Of a stretch of DNA of 64,000 nucleotides, positions 13,001 to 25,000 are shown piece by piece (positions within the stretch are counted from its first letter, which is position 1; the number at the start of each line of letters is the position of its first letter). The stretch spans positions 48,918,001 through 48,982,000 of the forward strand of contig JBNRSN020000024.1 in NCBI GenBank assembly GCA_051313645.2, written 5' to 3'. The DNA is from Centroscyllium fabricii. Lineage: Eukaryota. A program made the translations under genes and the position numbers. Under the pieces are notes generated by a model that saw nothing but the letters and a program-made list of their open reading frames with translations, did not search any database and was not told where the DNA came from.

Positions 13001-16000
13001 ATTCAAGGAGTAATACTGTAGAATTTAAAAGCAAGCACAGTTGGTGAATTAGTTTATCTTCTTAGTAAGAGAATAAAAAGGTAAAACTTATACAAAACTA
13101 GCACATTTTCCATGGTGATGCTCACAGCTAAGCAACCGATACCATGGTCGCGCTTTTGCCGGCTAAGGCGGGTTCAGGGCGGGAGAGGTTGTCGTCGGGA
13201 TACGGTCCCGCTGCCTACTGAAGCCCGCCAAAAGAAAGGAATTTACGTTAATGGGCCTCGTTAAGCCCACACGTTGCGTTCTCCAACCCTATTGGAAAGT
13301 GCGGGCCAGGTGACGTCAGTGCCGCCGTTTTTCTTGCCGGTTTATTTAAAGGGCTCATGGCCCCACTTCATTCCACTTCCTGAATTTGAAACAACCATTG
13401 CTGAGATAACTTGCTCTACTCCAAAAATGAGCTCACAAAGGCAGAGGGCTGCACCTCGATTCTTCTGATGGAGGGTTTCAGAGCACGCAGGGAGGGTCTC
13501 TTTCCTGTCAGTGGTCAGAAGAGACCTCCCCAGGAGACCAAGGCAGCCTGGCTTCAAATAGCGGAGGAGGGCACAAGCAGGGATGTCATAAGGGAGGACC
13601 AGGCTGCAGTGATGCAAACCTTTCAATGATTTCAGTAAATCACGAAAAGTTACTGCAAAGCCACACTCAACCTCATCACATCCCCATCACTTTGCCTTCC
13701 CTACCCTGCACATCTTTACTCACACCAATTTACCTTGCACCTCCAGCCATCCCTCTCTATCGCTATCATCACTTCCCCATCTCACTAGCCACCCCTCACA
13801 CTCATCCTAGTCCAATCATACCAACTAACAACACACAAGGGAAGGCACTTGTGTGTTTTAGCCAATGTTCATGTGACGTTTCTGTTAATGTGCTGTCAAA
13901 CATTGAAATCTTTATTTTTAACACTGTGTGTTCTTGGACAGATTTGTGTGCACCTTTGGAAGTGGCTTAGCGAGTTGCAGTGAATGGTCATAAGAGTTTT
14001 ACAGCACAGATAGAGGCCCTTCGGCCCATCGCGTCCATGCCGGCCATCAAGCCCTGTCTATTCTAATCTCATTATCCTGCATTTGGTCCGTAGCCTTGTA
14101 TGCTATGGCATTTCAAGTGCTCATCCAAATGCTTCTTGAATGTTGTGAGGGTTCCTACCTCGACCACCCTTTCAGGCAGTGAGTTCCAGATTCCAACCAC
14201 CCTCTGGGTGAAAAAGTTCGTCCTCAAATCCCCTCTGAACCTCCTGCCCCTTACCTTGAAACTATGTCCCCTTGTTATTGACCCCTCTACCAAGGGAAAA
14301 AGTTTCTATTTACCCTATCTATGCCCCACATAATTTTGTACACCTCAATCAGGTCCCCCCCTCAGCCTTCTCTGCTCCAAGAAAAACAACATCAGTCTTT
14401 CTTCATAGCTGAAGCGCTCCAGCCCAGGTAACATCCTGGTGAATCTCCTCTGCACCCTCTCCAAGGCAATCACATCCTTCCTATAGTGTGGTGACCAGAA
14501 CGGCACACAGTATTCCAGCTGTGGCCTTACCAACGCTTTGTACAGCTCCATCATAACCTCCCTGCTCTTATATTCTATGCCTCGGCTAATGAAGGCAAGT
14601 ATCCCATATGCCTTTTTAACCACCTTATCTACCTGTCCTGCTGCCTTCAGGGATCTATGTACATGCACACCAAGGTCCCTCTGATCCTGTGTCTTTCCTA
14701 GGGTCTTCCCATTCATTGTGTATTCCCTTGCCTTGTTAGTCCTTCCAAATACATCACCTCACACTTTTCAGGGTTAAATTCCATTTGCCACTGCTCCGCC
14801 CATCTGACCAACCCATCTATATCGTCCTGCAGACTGAGGCTTCCCTCCTCGCTATCTACCACCCCACCAATTTTCGTGTCATCTGCGAACTTACTGATTA
14901 TACCTTTTACATTCATATCCAAATCATTAATGTAGACTACAAACAGCAAGAGGCCCAGCACCGATCCCTGCGTTACCCCGCTGGACACAGGCTTCCAGTC
15001 ACAAAAACAACCTTCGACCATCACCTTCTGCCACTAAGCCAGTTTTGGATCCACTGTGAGACATATCAGTACACCCCGCAATGGTGATGAGTGTGAAAGG
15101 AATGGCTTGGGAATTGTAGGGATGCTTTATGGTGTTGGTGTGGGGTGGTGCCAAGCTGGCGCATCATGGGGCAGCCAGGGTGTACAGCGTCAAGTGAAGT
15201 AAATGTAGCCATAGCGAGGCCATCCCTGGCAGCAATGTGGTCGGGTGTTGATGCCCTCCGTCCTGTGCAGCATCAGTTGATTGCGGAGAAGGTTGGTGGT
15301 GTTGTTGGTGCTGCTCGTATTGGGGCTGATCATGATCAGATTCAGAGGACCAAGGTGTGAGAGTGTAAACCGTACTCATTCTGATGTAATAGATGGCAGG
15401 TGACGGAGAGATGACAGAAGCAAATCCGTCAGTGGTGAGAGAGGTTGTTCCAATGAGGTGCCACTGGATAGAGGGTTGGATCTAAACACTTGCAAGCTAC
15501 AGACAGCTCTGTATGTCTTACAAATGCAGTAACCAACAGTTTATGAGCTCGGAAACTGAACAGCTGCAACATGGTATCCTTTACACCACTTCTGCAGCAG
15601 TCAGGTAATCAGATAAATCACCGCAGACTCAACTCACGACAGGGTGAGCTGTCCTGTTCCCTGAACAACGGGGAGCACGTAAAATGAGAAGGTAGGGTCA
15701 AAATAGCATTAAATTGGCTGTTAACAAGCTATTTAATTATCTAAATTGTCTCCACCGCCGCTTGGTGTCGGGTCTGTTCTGCACAGACAGATCCGACACC
15801 TGGGAGACTCGCGTGGAGGTGGGTTCGTAGCGGGTTTCCTACCCGGTCAAGCTTTGCTATTTTGAAAGCTGACCCGCCTCAGAACCTGCCCTGAGCGCCG
15901 GCAAAATCCAGCCCCATGTCTTTTTAAGGACAGGAGTGCTCTATAATGTAGGTACAATATTATATTCAGCTGTTACAATGGAGTTGTGTTTCAGCTGGCC

Positions 16001-19000
16001 ACAAAGCCTAGAGGTTATACATTCTGCGGTCAATTACCATTGGTGAGGTAAGTTTGCTGATTGGCAGATACTTGTAAATGTCCAGCTACCTGTGGTATTA
16101 CACAGGAATAGTCTGTGGTGTGGATCACAGTTGTGATCTTCAGCTGCACACCGAGCTTATAAGGACAAGGCCACTGCTCAAATGCTCCCTGTTGGAAGCA
16201 GGTAATAAGAGCAAATTAATTCTTCAGATCAATTCGAGGTTAGAAACATAGAAAAATAGGAGCAGGAGTCGGCCATTCAGCCCTTCGAGCCTACTCCACC
16301 ATTCAATATGATCATGGCAAATCCTCTATCTCAATACCATATTATCGCTCTCCCCATACCCCTTGATGTCTTTTGTGTCTAGAAATCTATCTATCTCCTT
16401 CTTAAATATATTCAGTGATTGGCCTCCACAGCCTTCTGTGGTAGAGAATTCCACAGGTTCACCACCCTCTGAGTGAAGACATTTCTCCTCATCTCAGTCC
16501 TAAATATCCTACCCCGTATCCTGAGACTATGACCCCTCGTTCTAGAACCCCCCAGCCAGGGGAAATATCCTCCCTGCATCCAATCTGTCTAGGTTAATAA
16601 ATTGCTTGTAAGCTTTAGGCTCTAGATTAAATAGTGGACTTCCGGAGGACTGGAAGCAGAAGACACACCCCCATCTTCATCCAAGGGGCTGAGGTGGAAA
16701 GGGTGTCCAGCTTCAAGTCCCTCGGGGTCCACATCTCGGAAGATCTCTCCTGGTCACTAAACACCTCCTCTCTGGTTAAGAAGGCCCAACAGCGCCTGTA
16801 CTTCCTAAGGAAGCTGAAGAAAGCCAGGCTGTCATCCGGCATCCTCTCCAACTTCTACCGCTGCACAATAGAAAGCATACTGTCAAGCTGCATCACTGTC
16901 TGGTATGGTAATTGCACTATCTCGGACCGGAAAACCCTGCAGCGGGTAGTCAAAACTGCCCAACGAATTACCGGTACACAGCTACCGTCAATGGAAAGCA
17001 TCTACCTCAAACGCTGCTTACGGAGGTCTATGAACATTATTAAAGACCCCACACACCCCAGCCACAGTCTGTTCGCCCCCCTGCCCTCCGGGAGACGCTA
17101 CAGAGCAATTTGCACCCGCACGACTAGATTTCAGAACAGCTTCTTCCCCAGGGCTGTCAGCCTCCTGAATTCTAAAAAGAAACTCCGGTACCTGCACGCC
17201 TGATAATGTACTCTACTGTATGCATTTTGCATGTAATTTATTTATTTTATTTGCACTACTCTTGGGAGTTGAGTCTTCGTCTCGTTGTATTGTACTAGTA
17301 CTCTGCAATGACAATAAAACTTGAATTGAATTGAATTGAAATGGCTTGTTTGCTTGCCTTCTTTTTAAAAAAGATTGCTTTGCCTCGAACAAAGCATGAC
17401 ATCTGCAGTGTTCTCTAGTCTGACCTTTTAGGAAGCATTAAAAAAAAAAGTTTAGCGATTACTCACATATTTCACATATTCCTTCCACTGCTGCCACCAT
17501 TGCACTGAAATCAGAAACCAGTTATGTCCGGGTTGCAGGCCATGTCTGCTTTCTCTTTCCAGCCATCCACTAGATACAAGATACACACACAATTAGCAAT
17601 GATATACAATTAAAAGCAGGGATTCCCAAAACAAATGAGTTCAAAATTACACTGCATGCTATTTTAACAATGCCGTTCGTGCCTCCATTAAGATAGCAGA
17701 CAAAGTAATTTTAGACTTCGGCAAGTAATATTCCACATCATAATTCCAAGACTATGATTACTAATTGCTGTGTTGACTTATACAACAAAAAGTTGTATTA
17801 AACGAATGTGGGTCAGCTTGGAGGCACGCAGCTGGTGGTGTCTCTCAGGGATCAGTCCTAGACCTACGAATGTTCACTATCATTATTAATGACCTGGACA
17901 GTGGAGGAGTGCAATCAAATGCAAAGTGATTTAGATACATTAGGGGAGTAGGCCATACAATGGCACATGTCATTTAACTTGATAACAGAATATTTCTATC
18001 ATTTGCTGGGAAAAATTATGAAAGAAGTTGAGAGTGCAAAAGTAGGCGTTGTTGAGCACAGATCACTGAAAGTGTATGACCAATCTAGAGAAGCTGTAGC
18101 TAAAGCTAACCATGTATTGGGTTGCATTAATAGAACCATTCAGTACAAATCAAAAGGACAACATTCTGTCATTCTGCAGGTTGCTGATTAGACCGCATCT
18201 GGAGTACTGCATCCAGTTTTGGTCGCCTCACATTGTGCGTGATATAGTGGCCTTGGAAAAGGTCCAGAGGAGAGCTCTGAGAATGTTTATTAGCTTAAAG
18301 AACCATAGCTACTCAGATAGGCTTAAGGGCTTGGGTCTATTTACTTTAGAGCAGCATAGACTTAGAGGTGACGTGATAGAGGTCTATAAAATCATTCAAG
18401 GGTTGGATAGCATGCCTATTGATAGATTATTCCAGTTTAACAGATTGGGAGGACCAGGGGACACGAGTTTAAATGTACAAGAGTAGGAATAGACTGGTTG
18501 TTAGACAGTTCTTCTACCAGAGAGTAGCGAGACTCCGGAATGCATTGCCAGCTGGTGCAGTGGGTGCGGACTGTCTGCATGCCTTCAAGAGGGAATTGGA
18601 CCGGTTCTTGACTGAGGCAGAGATTGCATCACATAGAAGGTAAGTGGCTTTACAGATAACACATGGTCCATGCCATCTCCTGGACTGGTTTTGATCACGA
18701 GGGGGCCAGGGAGGTATTTTCCCCCTTATTGGCCCCGGGTTTTTCTGTTTTTGTTGCCTCTCCCAGGAGATTACATGGCTGCGGTAGGGGAAGGCAAGAG
18801 AGTGTGTCTAGTCATGATGCTCCATGTGTCAACTTTGTATGTTCCATAAAGACCAACTTCCACGGACTGCAGAATTCCAATTAAACATGAGATTTCCTTA
18901 ATTTGAGAAACAACCTGAACACTGTATTTCAAGCATAAAATCTTATTGACAGTAAATAACTTTCTAAAATTCATCATAAAAATGTTGCATTGCTGGAGGC

Positions 19001-22000
19001 GGCTCCAATAACTAGTACTTTGTCATTTGAAACTGGGAAAGTTGTGCACCTGATAATTTGTCCTTCTTCTTCTGGTGTGGCTGGTCTTAGACCAAGAACT
19101 ATGTGGCATATCTGCAGATAAAAAGAAAAAGCTCACTGTGTTTCCGTGACAAGTATCTTCCTTTCTTCCCCAGAAAGAGATGTTCTGTCTTCTGCCGAAA
19201 AGACAATTAAACCTTTCACAGCTCAGACACTCCTACATGTTGTGAATGAACTAACTGTTCAACCTCCTGAATTGTCGCCATGTAACCAATGATTTATTAT
19301 TCAACTGTTTTTGAACACTTCTGCTGTTTCTCAGTTTGTGTGAAGGCCTATGAAAAAATCCCTCACCTACAAATTTCTTGTTACCACACTTGTGGGCAAA
19401 TTATCATCTGTCCCTGAACTGGACTGTAATTTGCACCATTCGTACATATTCCATTCATACTCAACACTATATTGATAATCTGGTCAAAACAGGCATTTTA
19501 AAACAGTGAATCTGGTCTTTGAGGAATACACCAGGAAAACCTCTAATTATATTTATCAGTCTTCCTTAAAAGAGAATGATTTAGAGTTAGTTTTTCATGT
19601 TCGTCTTCAAATAAATCAAAAACATATGTATGAAACATGATGCATGTGTGCACTTGGGACAAACACAGAATCTCTGCTGTGCAGACCTTGTAAGAATGAA
19701 GGTTGAGCAGCCAGTTTCTGTCAGTACAAGTACCATGCACCCCAAAATCCATTCAAGTGGTTTTTTAAACATTGCTCGTCAAACATCTAAAGAATTTTTT
19801 TAAAGGAGTATTAAATGGTCACTGAATTTGGTAAAAAGTGACCATTGCTTACTCTGAATATTTTCCACTTAATCAGCATTGTCCGATAGAATTATTCTAG
19901 AAGGCACAAGTCAGGAGTGTGATGGAATACTCTCCACTTGCCTGGATTAGTGCAGCTCCAACAACACACAAGAAGTTTGACACCATTCAGTACAAAGCAG
20001 CCTGCTTGATTAGCAGCCCCTCCACCACCGGCGCACCGTGGCTGCAGTGTACACCATCTACAAGATGCACTACAGCAGTTCACCAAGGCTCCTTCGACAG
20101 CACCTCCCAAACCTGCGACCTCAACCACCTAGAAGGACAAGGACAGCAGGCGCATGGGAACACCACCACCTCCAGGTTCCCCTCCAAGTTACACACCATC
20201 CCGACTTGGAAATATATCGCCGATCCTTCATTGTCGCTGGGTCAAAATCCTGGAACTCCCTCCCTAACAGCACTGTGGGAGTACCTTCACCACAAGGACT
20301 GCAGTGATTCAAGACAGTGGCTCACCACCACCTTCTCAAGGGCAACTCGGGCCTACTCCTGCTCCTATCTTCTATGTTTCTATGTATGTTTTTCTATGAA
20401 CAAATTAAAAGAATTCGCTGACTAGCCACAGGTAAGGTTACGGCAACATTGTTTTAGCCACATGCACTAATTTTAGTAGAAAATGCCTTGCACACAAGGT
20501 AAACATACTTCACGGGTATATTTACTTTACAAATATCCACCACCATTCAGTACAAAACTTGGCAGTCATTCTTTCACCAAAGTTTGAAATTCTGGCATGA
20601 ATTTATCTGACCCGACATCCTGGTGCAGCTTCTAGATATTTATCTAGCATTGGCGAGCTGACCTCTGACTTCATCGGAGTGAATGTTGTCTCATAAAAGG
20701 CACGCTATACCCACCCCTCTCTCCATTCCCAACTCGGTTGGATGGTGCTTGCCAAAGTTCCCTGTAATTATTTTGGGGGTGCACGGGCCATTCAAAATAC
20801 TGCGCATGCGCAGTTTATGCACTGAAAAGCTGGCAAGCCGGCTGCGTGGATTCCCTGGAGCTTTGCGCGGCCGTGCAGCTTAAAGGGAACATTGGCGCGT
20901 GCCCTGTGCCATGAAATGCCCTCTTGGAGCTGCTCGTTATTGGCTTGGCTCGCTTTCGTCCGCTGGCTTGAAGCAGTTATTCTGATTAGTCGAGCTAACC
21001 ACGATGACAATTTAACTCTCCAAAAAATGTTGCGAGTGTTGCCATGGTGAAGTCTGGCAGATTCACCATTTTAGCAGATAACCAATAAGCAGTAACCAAG
21101 GAAGAAAAGCACACAATGCAATAAAAAAACTCAAGACTCTGCTTCTCTTGTTACCATTTCTCCAACAAACTGACAAAAAGGTCAAAGTACACATTATTAC
21201 ACCGTGCAAATATGAGTATTGAGATCATGTGCTTAACATGTGCCCATAACTCATTCTTTTTATTTACTAATCAAAAATTTAATTAGCCACATCTGGATTC
21301 CCAATTAGCCACATGTGGCTAGTGGCTAATTTATTGAACATCACTGCACTAAATAAATACTCTACTTAAAAAGGAAATAAATCACATTTCCTGCCTCCTC
21401 TCCTGAAGGTGTTGTCTCATCAGAAGGTATGGGTGGATGGGTGAGGTTGGTTAAGGTCACTCAGGTGTAGACTGCCTTCCAGTGCCTCATCGACTTGACC
21501 ATTTTTCATGTGTGAGCCCAGTCTGGAGAGCACTATGGGGCAATCGTGCTCTTGTCCTCGCCCAGCATTCACAGTTGCACATTTTCTATAAAATTTCTGT
21601 GGATAGCAATCAGGAGCAGAAACTCGGGATAGTTTCGACCCCACCCCCAATGATGCCGAGGCCAACTGTTTCACACCCGATATTAGCCTGACCCAGATCA
21701 AGTACCTTGGTACAGACCAGGGATCAAACCTGGGAGTTTGATGGTCTGAAACAAAATGAAGGGGGAAAATCTGGAAACACATAGCTGTTCAATTACAGGT
21801 CGAGCACCGTTAATCTGGCACCCTCGGGACCAGGCCGGTGCCGGACAAGTGAAAACTCTGAACGATTGAAGCTTTGGTGAGCGCATGCACATGCGAAGGC
21901 CACTTTGAAAGGTCTGCGCGCAAGCGCTCGCCGAAGCATTAAGCGCGGCCATTTCGCGCATGTGCAGACCAGTTGGCCAGATTCTTTCCGGACGACTGAA

Positions 22001-25000
22001 GTTAGCAGATTACCGATGTCCGGATTAACGATGCCGGACCTGTACCACCTGCAGAGAAAGGATTTGTACACCATCAGGACTGAGCTTAATTGTCTTTTTG
22101 GTTCAGTGCCACAGTGGATTATGCATTGACCACCTACACCTGACTACCTAAGGAAAACAGGACAAAAGGAAGAAATAATTCATGAGAACCTGAAAGATAA
22201 ACAAAACATTTCGTGATTCTTACTTGCTGGCAAACATTTTGTGCACTAACCTGAAATAGGAGATTAAGAAACTCACTGGCCAGAGCACTTTTTACACTCC
22301 ATATCTGATAATCTTCTAGTGTTAAATGTCCCATCTGTCATTGAATTAGAAAAACAAAAGTTTAATTATCACAGAATACAACATTAGATACCAAATGCAC
22401 ATTTGTGTAGACAACATGTACTCTCAGGTTTTACTACTTAGCTTTTGAGAGAGTAATTTTTCTCAATTACCAACTATAGAATACAAACAAATAGGGAGAG
22501 ACAGAGCATATCAAGTCTAATTTTTTCAGTATGACTCCATCAATTTTTTTTTTAAAAGGAATTTCTTTTGAGTGCTCAGAATTTTTGTATAGGTTAACCA
22601 AAATAAAGTTTAAATCGCAGCCCCCCCCCCCCCCCACCACCACCGAGTGAAGAGGGAGGGGGAAATGGAACAAAATTAGAAAGGGTTTTGATGGAATGCT
22701 GTGGTTTAGGAAAAGCATTTGACAATGAGGTCACTTTTGTTAGAAGCTTTGCAACAGTTTCAAATAGATAAAAGCTCGTATTTTGTGTGCATCCATCAAG
22801 ATGAAAGATAAGGACAGTGAAAAGGGAATCACCTTCAACATCATAAACATATTTAGGACTAGATTTTCCCATCGATTAACTACCGAATGGATGTAAAACT
22901 AGCACTTAATTTCAGATATCTGCTCTCAATTAGTGAAACTGTTGCCATTGGGTGATCAAGTACTTGGTGATGGATTTCACTAAAAGCTTCATGGTACATT
23001 TATAACGCAGTATCAGTGCCTCATTTATACAGCCCGACTCTAAATGGAATTCTCCTGCCTAGGAGAGAGCTCTGAGCACATGTGCTTATATACATGCACA
23101 GAGCCTACCTCTCAAGGGAAACAATTAAAAATTGATTGGGTAGAGACAGCAGTGCCTTACCCTCTCAACTTTTAAATCAACTCCAGATGGAGGAAAAATG
23201 CTGAGGGAGATCCAAGCGACCAGATCTGACACTACATTAAAATTATACTCCATGCGGTTTCAGACTGCAGCACTAAGAGACTACTTCCCGCCCCCCCCCC
23301 ACCCAGAGCGCTCACACTGGCACTGATTATTTAACACACACCCCTCAAAAATGACACCCCTGAAGGAAAGATGGATAGAATTGTGGTATGTTGAGGATGG
23401 ACATCATTTGGAGAATGAATACAATCCTAAAGGTAGGTCATTTATGTTTATCCTTCATTCTGCATCGTCTATACACTTGGTGTATACCAAATGAATGCAG
23501 ATTTTGGAGAAGGGGAAGCCTCTACCTAGCAGCCATAACAAAACAGTTGCTTGCTATGGTTAAATTGAGCCAATAATGTTTCCTATACGTATAAGCATTG
23601 TTCAATTTGACAGCCTTTCATATGCTATCAATGGGATTGTGATTAAAATTTACTTGGGAAACACCTATGATCATTAACCTGCCCATGGTCATTGCCTTCT
23701 CAAGATCGTAACAGTGTAGGATGGTCCTGTACATTTGGCTATCCACAGCTTAGCCTTGGCTCTTGCAACATAGAAATTGGACAGTCAAAACTGCTCTATG
23801 TAAGACACATAACACATTGTTCTGTGAGCTTGTACATATTGGAACAATATTCCATTTCTGACCTGTGGGGCAACCAATGAGATAATGGGAGAATATCTTG
23901 ACCCAAAGGAAACATGGAAAACCGAAGCCAGAACAAAGAAAGTTCAATTCACACATTTGAAAAGTGGAAGCATTAACTTAGAATGATTAGAATGCTACAA
24001 AAAAGCCATTTGACCCATTAGGTTTGCACCAGTGCTTTTCTCAAAATAATATCCTTTTTCAAGCAAAAGTAGTTTGTAGAAGACCTCTTTAATTCTGTGA
24101 TTATCTTAAATTTGTGCCTCTGAGTGCCATCTCGCTGATCAATGAAAGCAATGAATGACATTTACCCTGTCATAACCCTTCATAATCTTCAAGACCTCCA
24201 AAAGATTACCCTTCAAGCTTCTCAGCTCATGAAAAAAAGAGCCCTCTCTTCTCAAGTCTCCCTTCATAACTATAACCCTTGATGCCTGCAGGAGCCACAA
24301 GGAAAACAAAATAGATTCAGACAATTGCATCTTTCAAGATAGAGGAAGAGACCTTGACTTTTTTGTGAAACACAGCTTCAAGGAAGAGGCCTGGGAGAGA
24401 TGGTCACAAGCTTGTTGGCCTGACCACTGAAGATGCTGCAGCCACGGTATTTGTGAAGAGGACGGCCCATGAAGCTTTGCGTTGTGTATTTTGCTATTTT
24501 CTGTACTACCATTGTTGTCATTAGTCTTCCAGGTGTACTGAGCCAGCTCATCAGCCATCTCTACATCAAGAGGCTCAGACAGGCAGATTAGACAATCTAC
24601 AACCAAAGTGGGATGGGTCGTCAACTTCATTTGAGCAACAGGCCTGAAGCATCACTAGTTTTGAGATCAGCTGGAGAAGTTACGCCATGAAATACACCTC
24701 TTCATGAAACAGAAGAGTACTGCCAGAACTCCAGTGAATCATAGAAACATAGAAGATAGGAGCAGATAGGTGGGGATTTTCCCGAAGGTGCGGGAACCTG
24801 GCGGGTTTTGGTCAGGTCGGGTTTCTGGCCCACCCAAGGGCCTGGGAACCCCACGTAATTTTCCCTAAATTGAGCAATTAATTCCCCACGTGCGGGGAGC
24901 AACTTCCAATTGCCGGAATCGAGCCAGCAATCAACGTGCTGCAGCTGGGAGCCAGAACTTTGACTGACAGATCTAGGGACTGTCTGTTGTCAGTTTCCAT

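Larger units (their letters stand above)
19874..21346. mobile_element. hAT-Charlie-like (MER3/MER33-like) non-autonomous element with nested insertions
   Basis: Ends CAGCATTGTCCGATAGAA ... TAGCCACATGTGGCTAGTGGCTAATTTATTGAACATCACTG; 8-bp TSD CACTTAAT/CACTAAAT. Confidence 0.7.
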
